DNA of 64,000 nt from Dehalococcoidia bacterium (GCA_965197665.1 CBDANO010000003.1:483947-547946); one strand, 5' to 3'; counted from the first letter of the stretch, positions 19,397-29,907 are shown. A program made the numbers and translations. Notes: generated by a model not told the origin, from the sequence alone.

Positions 19397-20383
19397 GTGC
19401 CGGCAAACCTGCCTCCCCACTACTACGTAGCCGAGGAGAAGTACCGGGCCGCTCGGGGTCCGGCGCAGAAGGCCGCCGCTCTTCAGGATATGCTGTCGGC
19501 CACCCCGAAACACAAGGGGACCGATCACCTCCGCGCCGACCTCCGGGCCAAAGTAGCCCGGGCTATGGAGGAACTGGAGCACCCCAAGCGGGAGTCCGGC
19601 CAACCGCAGCCCTACGCCGTTCGCAAAGAGGGGGCCGGCCAAGCGGTCCTCATCGGCTTGCCCAACTCGGGAAAGTCCAGTCTATTGGCCTCTTTGACCG
19701 GGGCGGCGGCGAAAGTAGCGGAGTACCCCTTCACCACCCGTCTTCCTTTGCCCGGAATGCTCCGCTATGAGAACATCCTGATTCAGTTGGTAGACACACC
19801 GGCCATCAACGACCGGGAAGTACAAGCCCGTTTATTCAGTATGCTGAGAAACACGGACTTACTGCTTGTGGTGGTGGACTTGTCTGGGGACCCATTGACG
19901 GAAGTCGACGAGGTGATGTCGGAGTTGGACCACTACGGCTTCCGCCTCTTGGGTGAAGGACAAGAGCCGGACCCTGAGGACCACGGGGCGCAAAAGAAGG
20001 CGCTGCTGGTTGCAAACAAGTCCGATTCTCCGGATGCCGACGCGGCTTTCGAGTTGCTGGAAGAGCTTTACCGCGGGCGGTTCCCGTTGGTGAAGGTGTC
20101 CGCGGCTGCCGGGGTGGGCTTGGAGGTCCTGGCCCGGGCCGTCTTCGACGCTCTGAGCAAGGTCAGGGTTTACCTGAAGTCCCGGGGCTCCCAGCCGGAC
20201 TACGACCAACCCTTGATCTTGGCCCGGGGCAGCATGGTGGAGGACGCGGCCCAGTTGGTGCACAAGGACTGGACGCGGCGGGTAAAGTACGCGCTACTCT
20301 GGGGATCGGGAAAGTTCGAGGGCCAGCGGGTTGGGCGCGACTACGTTTTAGTCGACGGCGACGCCATTGAACTGCGCGCCTAA
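19397..20383 (+). CDS. DRG/OBG-family GTPase with C-terminal TGS domain
   Basis: MPANLPP N-terminus, PKHKGT, GLPNSGKSS, YPFTT, DTP, NKSD, GQRVGRDYVLVDGD. Confidence 0.88.
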   Translation: MPANLPPHYYVAEEKYRAARGPAQKAAALQDMLSATPKHKGTDHLRADLRAKVARAMEELEHPKRESGQPQPYAVRKEGAGQAVLIGLPNSGKSSLLASLTGAAAKVAEYPFTTRLPLPGMLRYENILIQLVDTPAINDREVQARLFSMLRNTDLLLVVVDLSGDPLTEVDEVMSELDHYGFRLLGEGQEPDPEDHGAQKKALLVANKSDSPDADAAFELLEELYRGRFPLVKVSAAAGVGLEVLARAVFDALSKVRVYLKSRGSQPDYDQPLILARGSMVEDAAQLVHKDWTRRVKYALLWGSGKFEGQRVGRDYVLVDGDAIELRA

Positions 20384-20480
20384 CGAGCCCCCGCAGCCGG
20401 GACCCTCGAATTATGGCCGGGTAATGAAGTGCCTAACGAGCCCCTGCAGCAGACGCCCTCGAATAATGACCGGGTAATGA
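20378..20480. repeat. Imperfect intergenic tandem duplication (two 50-bp units, period 53)
   Basis: gcctaacgagccc...ccctcgaa..atg.ccgggtaatga at 20378-20427 and 20431-20480. Confidence 0.8.
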
Positions 20481-20492
20481 TTGGGACATGAT

Positions 20493-21092
20493 ATGACAGA
20501 AGAAGAAGGCCTCAAACGGTGTCCCTGGGTTGACCTCACCAAAGCGGACTACGTCGATTATCACGACCGGGAATGGGGCGTACCGGTGTACGACGACCGG
20601 TTGTTGTTCGAATTCATTCTGCTTGAGGGCGCTCAAGCCGGGCTGAGTTGGTACACCGTGTTGCAAAAGCGGGAGAACTACCGTCGCGCTTTCGACGGCT
20701 TCGACCCGGAATTGGTCGCCGGGTACGATGAGGCTCGGATATCGGCCCTTTTGGAAGATCCGGGGATCATCCGCAATCGGTTGAAGGTCCTATCCGCGGT
20801 CAGCAACGCTCAGCGGTTTTTGGACGTCCAGCAAGAGCTTGGCAGCTTTAGCGCCTACATTTGGCAGTTCGTGGATGGCCGGCCGAAGGTGAACGAGTTC
20901 CGGGACCTGAGCGAATACCCCGCCACCAGCCCGGAGTCGGACGCCATGAGCAAGGACCTGCGGAGGCGGGGGTTCAAGTTCGTAGGCTCCACCATCTGCT
21001 ACGCCCACATGCAGGCCACCGGGATGGTCAATGATCATACCCTGGATTGCTTCCGAAGGCGGGAAATCATAAGCGCCTATGGGATGGGCTAG
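20493..21092 (+). CDS. tag: DNA-3-methyladenine glycosylase I
   Basis: RCPW, YHDREWG, LEGAQAGLSW, IIRNRLK, GMVNDH..DC. Confidence 0.95.
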   Translation: MTEEEGLKRCPWVDLTKADYVDYHDREWGVPVYDDRLLFEFILLEGAQAGLSWYTVLQKRENYRRAFDGFDPELVAGYDEARISALLEDPGIIRNRLKVLSAVSNAQRFLDVQQELGSFSAYIWQFVDGRPKVNEFRDLSEYPATSPESDAMSKDLRRRGFKFVGSTICYAHMQATGMVNDHTLDCFRRREIISAYGMG

Positions 21093-21556
21093 TGCTTGAC
21101 CTCGACGATCATCTCGATCTCTACAGGCATTCCGAAGGGGAGACTGCCCATGCCCACGGCAGAGCGGGCGTGCCGTCCGGCTTCGCCGTAGAGGCTGACC
21201 AGCAGGTCGGAAGCGCCGTTGGCGACCTTGGGTGGGTCCCCAAAGTCGGGGGCGCAGTTGATCATGCAAAGGAGCTTGATCACCCTCTTCACGTTGTCTA
21301 GATCGTCAATCTCCTGCTTCAACGTGGCCAGCAGGTTCAACATGGTCTGCCTGGCGCAATCATAACCCTGCTCGATGGTCAGGTCGGCGCCAAGCTTCCC
21401 CAAGTGCAGGAACCCTCCTTCGGGCAGTCCGGGGCCGTGGCCCGCGGTGTATACCAAGTTCCCCGTCCGCACCGAGGACACGAAGTTACCCGCCGCCGAC
21501 GGGCGGTACGGCGGCAGTGCGAGCCCCATTTCATTGAGCTTCCGTTCGATCTCCAC
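21089..21556 (-). CDS. RidA/YjgF family protein
   Basis: VRTGNLVYTAGHGP, ANGASDLL, GRHARSAVGMGSLP. Confidence 0.92.
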   Translation of the reverse strand: MEIERKLNEMGLALPPYRPSAAGNFVSSVRTGNLVYTAGHGPGLPEGGFLHLGKLGADLTIEQGYDCARQTMLNLLATLKQEIDDLDNVKRVIKLLCMINCAPDFGDPPKVANGASDLLVSLYGEAGRHARSAVGMGSLPFGMPVEIEMIVEVKH

Positions 21557-21683
21557 TTGGACCTCCTTTCATTCTTACGGTTTCGGATTGATAAAGCGGT
21601 TGTAAAGCTTCTTCTCCTTCTTGCCGGGGCGGGCCAACTCTCGCGTTGCCCTTGGACGGGACATATGAAACTCGCTCGCCAGT

Positions 21684-23258
21684 CTAGGCGGCCACGCCGC
21701 GGCGCAGGGCTTGGCCCGGCAGCGCTCCCGTATGCTGGCCGTGGTCCATGACCACGGTCCCGTTGACGATTACGTAGTCTATTCCGCTGGGAAACTGCTT
21801 CGGGTTTTGCTTGGTAGCGTTGGCGGTTATCGTGCCGGCGTCGAAGACGACGACGTCCGCTTTCATGCCGTCCCGGAGCACTCCCCGGTCGATTAGGCCC
21901 AACCGTTGCGCCGGGAAGGAGGTCATTTTTCTGACGGCGTCCTGCAACAGAATCTTTCGCTCCTCCCGGACTATCGTGGATAGAATATGAGGAAAGGTGC
22001 CGTATGCCATTGGCGGAGGATAATCGCCCAGTAGAAGAGCGTCGGTACCCACCATATACAGGGGGTGAGCGATGAAGTCCGGGAGGCTCGACTCGTCCGC
22101 GATGTCGGCGTAGTAGGAAACCCTCAGGTCCTCGTCCAAGAGCAGGTCGCAGATGGCGTCTACCGGGTTCTTGCCCACCATGTCGGCGACTTCGGCCACC
22201 GACCGGCCTTCAAACCGGCGGTTATGGGGCTGCTTGAAGTAGGTCACCCACATCTCGTCCCATCCGCGGCCCCGGGGGGTTACTTCCCGGCGGAGCCGCT
22301 CCCGGCCTTCCTCGGAGCGGATGACCTCCTTTAGCTTGTCTGGCCCGCCGTCTTGGGCCCAGTGAGGGAAAGTGATTATGATGCGGGTGCCGCCGTAGCG
22401 GTAGGGGAACATGTCGAAGGTGATGTCCATGCTGTCTTCCCGGGCTTCATCCACGAGGTCCAAGATAGGCCGAGCGCCGCCGGGGTGGGTCTTTCGCCGG
22501 AAGAGGTGGGTAATGTGAATCGGCACGCCGCTGCGCCGGCCGATGTCAACGGCCTCGCGGCAGGGGTCCAGGTAGCGGTCCCCCAGCCAGTTGCGCACGT
22601 GGGTATGATAGATGCCTCCCAGCCGGGCCACCTCGGTGGACAGGGTTACCAACTCGTCGGTATCGGCAAAGCTTCCCGGAGGGTAGTCCAGACCGGTGGA
22701 CATGCCGCAGGCCCCGTCGCCCATGCTCTCCCGGACCAAGGCCTTCATGTCCTCCATCTCCGCCGGAGTTGTGGGCCGGTCGTTCCAGCCGACGGCATTA
22801 ATCCGTATGGGGGCGTTGCCCACTATGTAGGCTATGTTGACCGCTACTTTGCGGTCGAACATGGCCAGGTATTCCGCCACGCTGGACCAGATTCCGGGAA
22901 GGGGAGGGTCGCCGTCCAAGCCCGAGTTAAGCTGGATGAAACGGTACAAGTCTTCTTCGGACCGGAAGGGGGCATAGGAGTTGCCGTCTATGCCCACCAA
23001 CTCGGTAGTGATTCCTTGAGAGACCTTGGCCTCGTGCTTCGGCTCCGCTAGGATGACCAGCCCCGAGTGGGCGTGGACGTCGATGAATCCGGGGCATACC
23101 ACCTTTCCCGCGGCGTCCAAGGTCCGTTGCCCTTCCAATCGGGAGTCGTCGCCCCGGATAATCGTTACTTTATCGCCCGCGATACCCAGAGTCCCGTCAA
23201 ATCCGGGATTTCCGGTGCCGTCCAGAATTCGGCCGCCCTTGATTAGCAAGTCGAACAT
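21684..23258 (-). CDS. N-acyl-D-amino-acid deacylase (D-aminoacylase)
   Basis: PGFIDVHAHS, STGLDYPPG, HTHVR, AYGTFP, KMTSFPA. Confidence 0.9.
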   Translation of the reverse strand: MFDLLIKGGRILDGTGNPGFDGTLGIAGDKVTIIRGDDSRLEGQRTLDAAGKVVCPGFIDVHAHSGLVILAEPKHEAKVSQGITTELVGIDGNSYAPFRSEEDLYRFIQLNSGLDGDPPLPGIWSSVAEYLAMFDRKVAVNIAYIVGNAPIRINAVGWNDRPTTPAEMEDMKALVRESMGDGACGMSTGLDYPPGSFADTDELVTLSTEVARLGGIYHTHVRNWLGDRYLDPCREAVDIGRRSGVPIHITHLFRRKTHPGGARPILDLVDEAREDSMDITFDMFPYRYGGTRIIITFPHWAQDGGPDKLKEVIRSEEGRERLRREVTPRGRGWDEMWVTYFKQPHNRRFEGRSVAEVADMVGKNPVDAICDLLLDEDLRVSYYADIADESSLPDFIAHPLYMVGTDALLLGDYPPPMAYGTFPHILSTIVREERKILLQDAVRKMTSFPAQRLGLIDRGVLRDGMKADVVVFDAGTITANATKQNPKQFPSGIDYVIVNGTVVMDHGQHTGALPGQALRRGVAA

Positions 23259-23327
23259 GCGCCTTCTCCTTTGGGAAGATTAGCCTAACTTCAGTTGGGC
23301 CAATGCTAGTGACATAGAAGCGCCCAG

Positions 23328-24452
23328 TCAACCAAGATGAGGCGCTATCGACCGGAATCCCTTGATCACCTCCAACGCGCCCTCCACCAAGTCCTCCATT
23401 ATCCGGGCGGCGGGCCTTGGCTCGGTGAGCATCCCCCCGATTTGCCCGGCCGGGTTGTTGAGCAGGTCATGCCGCTCGGCGGCGTTGGCGGCCTCGGCGA
23501 AGTCTTCCATCAGCACTTGCTGCAAGGGCATGGGCAACGGGTCCAAGCCCGACTTGTCCCAAGCCTCGATGACCACGTTCTTGTAGTCTCTGGCCGTCTT
23601 GCCAGTGTAGGCCCGAGTAATAATGAAGTCCGACGTATCTCCGCCAAGGATATCTTGCTTGTGACGCTCCGGTATCCGGCACTCCTCGGCTACCAGGAAG
23701 GCGGTGCCCACCCACACCCCAACCGCCCCCAGAGCCAGGGCGGCGGCGACGCCCCTCCCGTCGGCGATGCCGCCAGCGCCAATCACCGGCAGTGGCCTCA
23801 CCGCGTCCACTACCTGGGGAATCAGCGGGAAGTTGGCGATACGACCGGTGTGGCCTCCCGACTCATAGCCTTGAGCAACGACGATATCCACCCCGGCTTG
23901 GGCCTGACGGCGGGCGTGGCGCACGGCCCCGGCAAGGCCGATGGTAGCAATACCCCGGGACCGGGCTTCCGGGACCACCCAGGAAGGATCACCCAACGCC
24001 GCCGCAAACACCGGGACCTTCTCGTCCAACACCACCTGTACTTGCTCTCGAATCTTTCCGGGAGACAGGACCGTATCTTCCGTCGCTTGGGCTTCCGGTA
24101 GGTCGAACTCACGGGCCAAGCTGCGCACGAACTCCACGTGCTTAGGATGGTCGCGCTGTAGCTGTTGGCGGACCATTTCTCGGGTGTCGCCCACCTCGGC
24201 CATGCTGGCGGGAAGGAGCAAGTCTACTCCGAAGGGCCTGTCGGTCAAAGAGCGGACCTCTTGGATACGGGCGCGAATTTCTCCCGGGGCCAGTCCCGTT
24301 GCGCCCATAACGCCCAGCCCCCCTGCGTTGGAAACCGCCGCAACCAACCGGGGAGGAGTTGCGTCGCCTCTGCCGCCCATGCCAGCCAGGCAAATGGGGT
24401 ATTCGATGCCGAGAAAGTCGCACAGGGGAGTACGCAATACGGGAGGCGCCAT
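23328..24452 (-). CDS. Nitronate monooxygenase / FabK-like flavoprotein
   Basis: YPICLAGMG, VSNAGGLG, QGYESGGH, AGGIADGRG, GTAFL. Confidence 0.9.
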   Translation of the reverse strand: MAPPVLRTPLCDFLGIEYPICLAGMGGRGDATPPRLVAAVSNAGGLGVMGATGLAPGEIRARIQEVRSLTDRPFGVDLLLPASMAEVGDTREMVRQQLQRDHPKHVEFVRSLAREFDLPEAQATEDTVLSPGKIREQVQVVLDEKVPVFAAALGDPSWVVPEARSRGIATIGLAGAVRHARRQAQAGVDIVVAQGYESGGHTGRIANFPLIPQVVDAVRPLPVIGAGGIADGRGVAAALALGAVGVWVGTAFLVAEECRIPERHKQDILGGDTSDFIITRAYTGKTARDYKNVVIEAWDKSGLDPLPMPLQQVLMEDFAEAANAAERHDLLNNPAGQIGGMLTEPRPAARIMEDLVEGALEVIKGFRSIAPHLG

Positions 24453-24475
24453 GCTTCATCTCCTCAGTGGTCGCT

Positions 24476-24946
24476 TCACTTATAGGAAAGGGCCGCAATT
24501 TCGGCCCGGCTAGCCTTGGCCAGGTTCTTTGGGGTAATCATGATTTCATTGCCCCACACACCAGCCCCGACACCCAATATCTCTTCTTGCATCAGCGCCG
24601 CGTCGATGAAAGACCTGAAGCCGGATGGTTGCCAGTGAAAAGGCGGGATGGACCCGATCTCGTAGCCGGTTACTTGCTTGACGGTGGCAGGCCCCGCCAG
24701 GCTGACGTTCCGGGAGCCGACGGCCCGCTTGAGTTGCCCGGAGACAGCGTTTTTGTCTCCGCCCAGCATCACCAGGACCCGCTCACCGGAACCGGTCTCG
24801 AATATCAGGGTCTTGACCATCTGGCCCGGTCTATATCCCAGGGCCTCGGCCACGCTGACCGCTCCCTTTTCCGTTGCGGCGGGGAAGGACAGCTTCTCGT
24901 AAGGTATATCCAATCCGCTCAAATAATCGTGGGCGGGAAGGTTCAT
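24476..24946 (-). CDS. YbaK/EbsC aminoacyl-tRNA deacylase family
   Basis: QMVKTLIF, TGYEIGSIPPF, GAG motifs. Confidence 0.85.
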   Translation of the reverse strand: MNLPAHDYLSGLDIPYEKLSFPAATEKGAVSVAEALGYRPGQMVKTLIFETGSGERVLVMLGGDKNAVSGQLKRAVGSRNVSLAGPATVKQVTGYEIGSIPPFHWQPSGFRSFIDAALMQEEILGVGAGVWGNEIMITPKNLAKASRAEIAALSYK

Positions 24947-24983
24947 CGTTGGGACTCGCTGCTGAGGGCTTACCGTCGCTTGG

Positions 24984-25925
24984 TTACCAAAGCCCTTCGA
25001 ACCTATCGGCAAGTTCTGAAGGGAACCCGCCCTCGGTAATCAGGCGTCGATCATCAACCGCCGATTCCAAGGAAAGACGGCGGGTCACCAGGAGAACGAA
25101 GTCACTTACACTGCATTGAAACACCGCGTCCGGCGATTTGGGATTTTCAATCTCTACACCGGCAGGCTCCAGCCTGGCCTGGCCACCGTCGAAGACAAGG
25201 TCGTAAGCGCCCAAGCCGGCGCCGGTTAGCTGAAAGCGGTAGCGGCCGCCGGCGGCTCCAATATCGGCAGGCCCGCTGGCGGCAGGCTTGAAGAAATAGT
25301 GGCAGACCGCTGTGACTATGTCCATAGACATGGCCAGGCTTTCCGCCGGCAGCGCGGCGTCAGGCTGGAACCTTGATCTAATATCCCAGCCATGCACCGC
25401 CAGCTCGAACATGCGCAAAGAGAGGACCATCCACGCCGGCATAACACTTACGGGGTGATAGCAGGGCGTCTCCCAATCGTTAATGCTGAGCCGGGCGAAG
25501 GTTTGGTTCATTAGTTCGTCGGCGGCCCGGAACTTCTCCAGCAATCCGTCTTCTACGTCTTTGCGGTAAGCCACAGCCGCTTCGGCGTTGGCGGCGCTCA
25601 TCACCTCCGGAGCGGCGCCAAATAGAAAGGCAAACCCGTCCGGCGGCGTTGCCTGTCCTTCCAACCCCCGGGAAATGATCCCCGTGTAGAATTGGGCGCC
25701 GCCGGTGAGATGGGCCGCCACGTCCGCGATAGTCCAACCGTCGCACGCGCTCGGCCGCGCCCAGTCATCTGGGGAGAGGCTTTGCAGGTACTCGGTTAGC
25801 TGCTCCGATTCCCCCCTGACCAACTGCGCCCGGTCGGGATACGAAAGTGCTTCCAACTGCGTAGCTCCTGCTTCCAGCGTCTCCGTCGTCTTTCTCTCGT
25901 CGACACGCGCCATATCGACGGCCAA
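24984..25925 (-). CDS. Maleylpyruvate isomerase family (MDMPI_N/DinB-like) protein with SCP2-like C-terminus
   Basis: W.RPSACDGWTIADVAAHL and ELAVHGWDIR motifs. Confidence 0.85.
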   Translation of the reverse strand: MAVDMARVDERKTTETLEAGATQLEALSYPDRAQLVRGESEQLTEYLQSLSPDDWARPSACDGWTIADVAAHLTGGAQFYTGIISRGLEGQATPPDGFAFLFGAAPEVMSAANAEAAVAYRKDVEDGLLEKFRAADELMNQTFARLSINDWETPCYHPVSVMPAWMVLSLRMFELAVHGWDIRSRFQPDAALPAESLAMSMDIVTAVCHYFFKPAASGPADIGAAGGRYRFQLTGAGLGAYDLVFDGGQARLEPAGVEIENPKSPDAVFQCSVSDFVLLVTRRLSLESAVDDRRLITEGGFPSELADRFEGLW

Positions 25926-25967
25926 TCCGGCAATCGGACCCCCGGCTGGAAAAGCTTGTTTGCCGGG

Positions 25968-26933
25968 TTAGCTGGGTACCAAGTACTTCTTGGGAATCTC
26001 GGCGCCGACAGTATATTGCAACCTGCCCAAACGCACCATCTGATAGACGTTCACTCGAAACTCGGGGTTGATGCAGGTGTGCATATAGGCCTCTCGTTCC
26101 GAGACCCCGTACTCGGTGACCATCCACTCCATCAAGTTGACCACGGCGCTTTCCACCGCGTTTTCCAGGGGCCTGAAGGAGTAGAGGGAGACGATGGTTT
26201 CCGGCTTTTCCAAGCGAACGAAGGGAATAGATTTATTCTTGATTACCTTGCAACTGAGGGTCAACTCGGCCCTGGTCTCGTCGGCGGTGCCGTAGAACTC
26301 GGTATCCCCCTGGCTGCCGTGGACGTCCCCCACGTAGAGCAACCCGCCGGGGTGGTAGCAGTTCAGATAGCACTTGGTACCTACTTTGATGTCCCGAACG
26401 TCCAAGTTGCCGCCCCAAGGCCCCTGACCCACGACGCTGGTTTCCACTTCCCGTTCGGGGGCGACGCCGATGGTGCCGATGAAGGGCTGAAGGTCCCAGG
26501 TGATCTTGTCGGTAAACACTCCCTTGCCGTCTTTCGTGGTGCCGCTGGGGCCCGGCAAGTGCTTGATAATGTGGACGTAGGGGCCGTGCACCGCCCGCCA
26601 CTTGGCCGAGTCGCCAAGGGGGCCGAAGCCCGGCCTGAAGACGGTGCAACCCTGATCATCCACGACAATCTGCTCGATAGTGACTTCCAGCAGGTCCCCC
26701 TTCTCCGCGCCTTCGACGTACACCGGACCTCCTATGGGGTTGGCCTTGGGAGGTTCGAATTTCCTGGTGGGCAGATCATTCAAACGCGGCGCAACGTCGG
26801 CGGAGCGCACCAACCCCGCAAAGGCGTCCTCAGTGTCCACGGCGAAGCTCTCGCCTTGCCGGACTCGCAGCTTGGGCGGATGCCGGTGGTCGAACTCGAA
26901 CTCCATGGCTTGCTCTCTGGATATCCTTTGCAT
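25968..26933 (-). CDS. Acetamidase/formamidase family protein
   Basis: NPIGGPVYVEGAEKGD, PFIGTIGVAP, GGNLD, GDVHGSQGDTE. Confidence 0.92.
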   Translation of the reverse strand: MQRISREQAMEFEFDHRHPPKLRVRQGESFAVDTEDAFAGLVRSADVAPRLNDLPTRKFEPPKANPIGGPVYVEGAEKGDLLEVTIEQIVVDDQGCTVFRPGFGPLGDSAKWRAVHGPYVHIIKHLPGPSGTTKDGKGVFTDKITWDLQPFIGTIGVAPEREVETSVVGQGPWGGNLDVRDIKVGTKCYLNCYHPGGLLYVGDVHGSQGDTEFYGTADETRAELTLSCKVIKNKSIPFVRLEKPETIVSLYSFRPLENAVESAVVNLMEWMVTEYGVSEREAYMHTCINPEFRVNVYQMVRLGRLQYTVGAEIPKKYLVPS

Positions 26934-27370
26934 ATTTCACCCCTCGCGTTTAACCCATGTCGGGCCAATTCTAGGCCAGAGTGGGTCGGCGGGTCTACCG
27001 ATTGCGGCAAATTTGGGGCGCACTCTTGGCCGGGTCTTTTAAGAATGCTCTGAGCTGCTCGGTGGATGGTGGGTAGGCGGATAGGGAAGGCGGTTGTGTT
27101 GGAGGCTTGTTCAGAGGCCGCCTGATTGTTCTTGCGGTGAGAGCGCCGAAGTCTTGGAGCATGTGATTGACTTCGTGGGGAGGCGGCCCTATGGTATCCT
27201 TTGCTCCGCCGGTAGTACTGATGGACAGGGTTACTCCGGCTAATCTTGCTGAGCGAGCGGCTCGCCAGCCCCTTGGCACGGAGCCGCGCCGCCGAATCTC
27301 CACCGGGCTCGGCCGCTCCGGACAACCGGGATAGACTCCAACGCTTCGAGGGCAACTGAAGGAGGACGGA

Positions 27371-28711
27371 ATGCAAGGGAAGAACGAAGGGTATAAGTTG
27401 GTCCGGGCGGGCCTTCTCATCGACGGCAAGGGCGGCCCTCCGGCCCAAGAAGGAGCGGTGCTGACCAAGGGGAGCAAGATCGTCGCGGTCGGCCCGGCCC
27501 GGGAGGTGGCGGCCCCCGAGAACGCTCCCGTGGAGACCTTCGACTACCCGGGCATGACCGTGATGCCGGGAATGATCGACTGCCATACCCACCATAACGG
27601 ATTCGGCGACGGGCGGTTGGGGGACGAGCTTGCCAAGTTGCCGGACGAAATCCTGTCCCTCCAGTCGGCCCGCAACGCTAGGGCAAGTCTCTATTCCGGG
27701 GTGACCACCATTCGGGACAACGGGGCCAAGAATAATACGATGTTCCGGGTGCGGGACGCCATCTTGCAAGGGATTACTCCGGGTCCCCGCATGGTGCTGA
27801 CCGGCCGGCCCATCACCACCGTCGGGGGTCACATGTGGTACTTCGGAACGGAGGTCACCGGCCCGGTGGAGGCGGTGGCCGCCACCAGGCAGTTGATCAA
27901 AGAGGGCGCCGACTACATCAAGATAGCGGCCACCGGAGGCAGTACCCTGACCTCCAATCCGCTGCTTCCCTCCTTCAACGTTGACGAGTTGACGGCCATC
28001 ATCAACGAGGCCCACAAGTTTGACAAGCTCACGGCCACCCACTGTACCTCAACTCAAGGGATTATCAACAGCTTGGACGCCGGTGTGGACATGATCATCC
28101 ACTGCTTCTTCAAAGAGGCCGACGGGTCGTCATTGTTTAGGGAGGATGTTTGCGAGCGCATCGCCCGGCAGGAAGCTTATGTAAATCCGACGGTCCACGT
28201 GTCCCGGGCCAGAATCTGGGCGCTGCAACATATGAAAGAGGAGAAGGGTCTGTCCCCGGAGCAGCAAGCCGGGTTGGATGAGTTGCTCGAAGACTACGAA
28301 GCGCGTCTGGGATACCTGAGCCGGATGATGGACATGGGGTTGAAGATAATCACCGGCTCGGACTCTTCCTGGGGGGACTACCAGCTTGGGAACGCGGTGT
28401 ACGAAATAGAGTGCTTGACCATGGCGGGCTTCTCGCCCATGCAGGGGGTCGTTTCGGTTACCAGCGAGGCGGCCAAGTCCTTGGGGGTTGACGCTGTCAC
28501 GGGCACCCTGGAACCGGGAAAAGAGGCCGACGTTATCGTGGTGGACGGGAATCCCAGCGAGAACATCTTGGACTTGTGGAAAGTGCAAGATGTGTTCCTT
28601 GCCGGAAACAGGGTGGACCGGGGTCCCGGCGATTTCCTGGCGGAGATCCGGCAGCACCCGCCGGCCTCCCGGCCGGAGGAATCACCGCTTTTGACGGCTG
28701 CCGCCGGATGA
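27371..28711 (+). CDS. Metal-dependent amidohydrolase (prolidase-like)
   Basis: PGMIDCHTH, GADYIKI, ATH, IIH, TGSDS, GKEADVIVVDGNP. Confidence 0.9.
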   Translation: MQGKNEGYKLVRAGLLIDGKGGPPAQEGAVLTKGSKIVAVGPAREVAAPENAPVETFDYPGMTVMPGMIDCHTHHNGFGDGRLGDELAKLPDEILSLQSARNARASLYSGVTTIRDNGAKNNTMFRVRDAILQGITPGPRMVLTGRPITTVGGHMWYFGTEVTGPVEAVAATRQLIKEGADYIKIAATGGSTLTSNPLLPSFNVDELTAIINEAHKFDKLTATHCTSTQGIINSLDAGVDMIIHCFFKEADGSSLFREDVCERIARQEAYVNPTVHVSRARIWALQHMKEEKGLSPEQQAGLDELLEDYEARLGYLSRMMDMGLKIITGSDSSWGDYQLGNAVYEIECLTMAGFSPMQGVVSVTSEAAKSLGVDAVTGTLEPGKEADVIVVDGNPSENILDLWKVQDVFLAGNRVDRGPGDFLAEIRQHPPASRPEESPLLTAAAG

Positions 28712-28813
28712 CGGAGGGCGTCAGGTTCCAAAGCATCCAGGGGGGGATCGGCAAAAGGTTCAAGGACGGGCGTCCAGGGTAGGGTCGTGGTTGAGGGCCT
28801 ATGGGCCGCGGCT

Positions 28814-29173
28814 CTAGTTATCGGAAGCCGGTTTCAGGTCGATGACGCCCTCGGACACCGGGGCCACGTCTACTCCCAGTTTCTTGCTGATTGTCAGCGC
28901 CAGAGAAGCGGCCAACTCCTTCATCTCGTTCCGCGCCAGGTAGGGAAGCCAGTCCAGCGCTTGGGCCAGTTCCACCCGGTAACGCTGGGGATACTTGGGA
29001 GTGAGTGAGCCGATGCACCGGAACCTGACCTGCCTCGGTGGATTGACACCAAAGTGGTTCGGCGCGTTCGAGGAACGGCTTTCGTCCGATACCCACCAAT
29101 AGACCGTGGCCTCCACGGGCACCGGGGTTGAGTGTTGCCGGCCTCGATGGCTAATCTTGAGTCCCGATTGCAT
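28814..29173 (-). CDS. Hypothetical protein
   Basis: Protein-like composition in a gene-sized gap; start uncertain (29173 or 29260). Confidence 0.5.
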   Translation of the reverse strand: MQSGLKISHRGRQHSTPVPVEATVYWWVSDESRSSNAPNHFGVNPPRQVRFRCIGSLTPKYPQRYRVELAQALDWLPYLARNEMKELAASLALTISKKLGVDVAPVSEGVIDLKPASDN

Positions 29174-29418
29174 GATATTGGGTTCTGCGCCGGTGCGTCT
29201 TGGCGGGTCGAGTGTTTTCACCGCGCCGGCGGGAGCGTGATCACTGACAGGCATTCTCATGTTTCAGCCTCGAGGTAGGCCGCGGAAGTTTGTTGGGGAA
29301 CCTTACCCAGTTACTTTAGTTGACAGAATGTTACGGAAGCGTTACCGCCCCCGGCCGGCCCTTGGCGCCGGGGCATTTCATTCGGCGACGGCAACGGGTT
29401 TGCCGGGGGATACCGATT

Positions 29419-29697
29419 TCATTCTTTGGGGGGCCGGTTTGAAAGCGGCGTGGGGGATTGCTCCAGGGACGTCCAAAGCTGATGCCATACCAACCGGCGC
29501 TCTTGATCGGAGAGGGACCGGCCCAAATGCCCCCGGCAAGCAGTGATTGCTTTGCCCGCCAGATAGCCCCAGCAGCCAGGTTCGCCCGCTTTCCAGCCAA
29601 TCACTTGGCGGCGGTTGTCTTGGATTACGCCGGCCAGTATCCGGGCCAGCGACTCTTGCTCCAAGATCATTTCAACGGGGCCGGTTTGGTCGTTCAT
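29419..29697 (-). CDS. Small protein resembling the GatB/YqeY C-terminal helical domain
   Basis: VIQDN..QV..WKAGE...WGYLAGKA...RG pattern; GGAGG RBS upstream. Confidence 0.5.
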   Translation of the reverse strand: MNDQTGPVEMILEQESLARILAGVIQDNRRQVIGWKAGEPGCWGYLAGKAITACRGHLGRSLSDQERRLVWHQLWTSLEQSPTPLSNRPPKE

Positions 29698-29907
29698 CGA
29701 AGAGAGTTGGCCTCCCCTTGATCTCGTCGGCGGGCTTTACTCGCGGGTTTCATCTGCTCACCGAATCGCCACAAGTTGACTTTCGAAAGGCCCTGAAGAT
29801 CAGGGCTCATCAAGTGACAGCGGGCATTTTATGAGTATAATACCGGCAGCTTACGAGAAATAACACCCGCGCTGGGCGGGTCTTGCCCAACTATACGGAC
29901 CGGAGAG

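Noticed and set aside
25956..28042. Long antisense ORFs (25956-27053, 26780-28042; likewise 29851-30816 and 62726-63847)
   Set aside because: They are shadow frames of well-supported genes in a GC-rich genome and show no family motifs.
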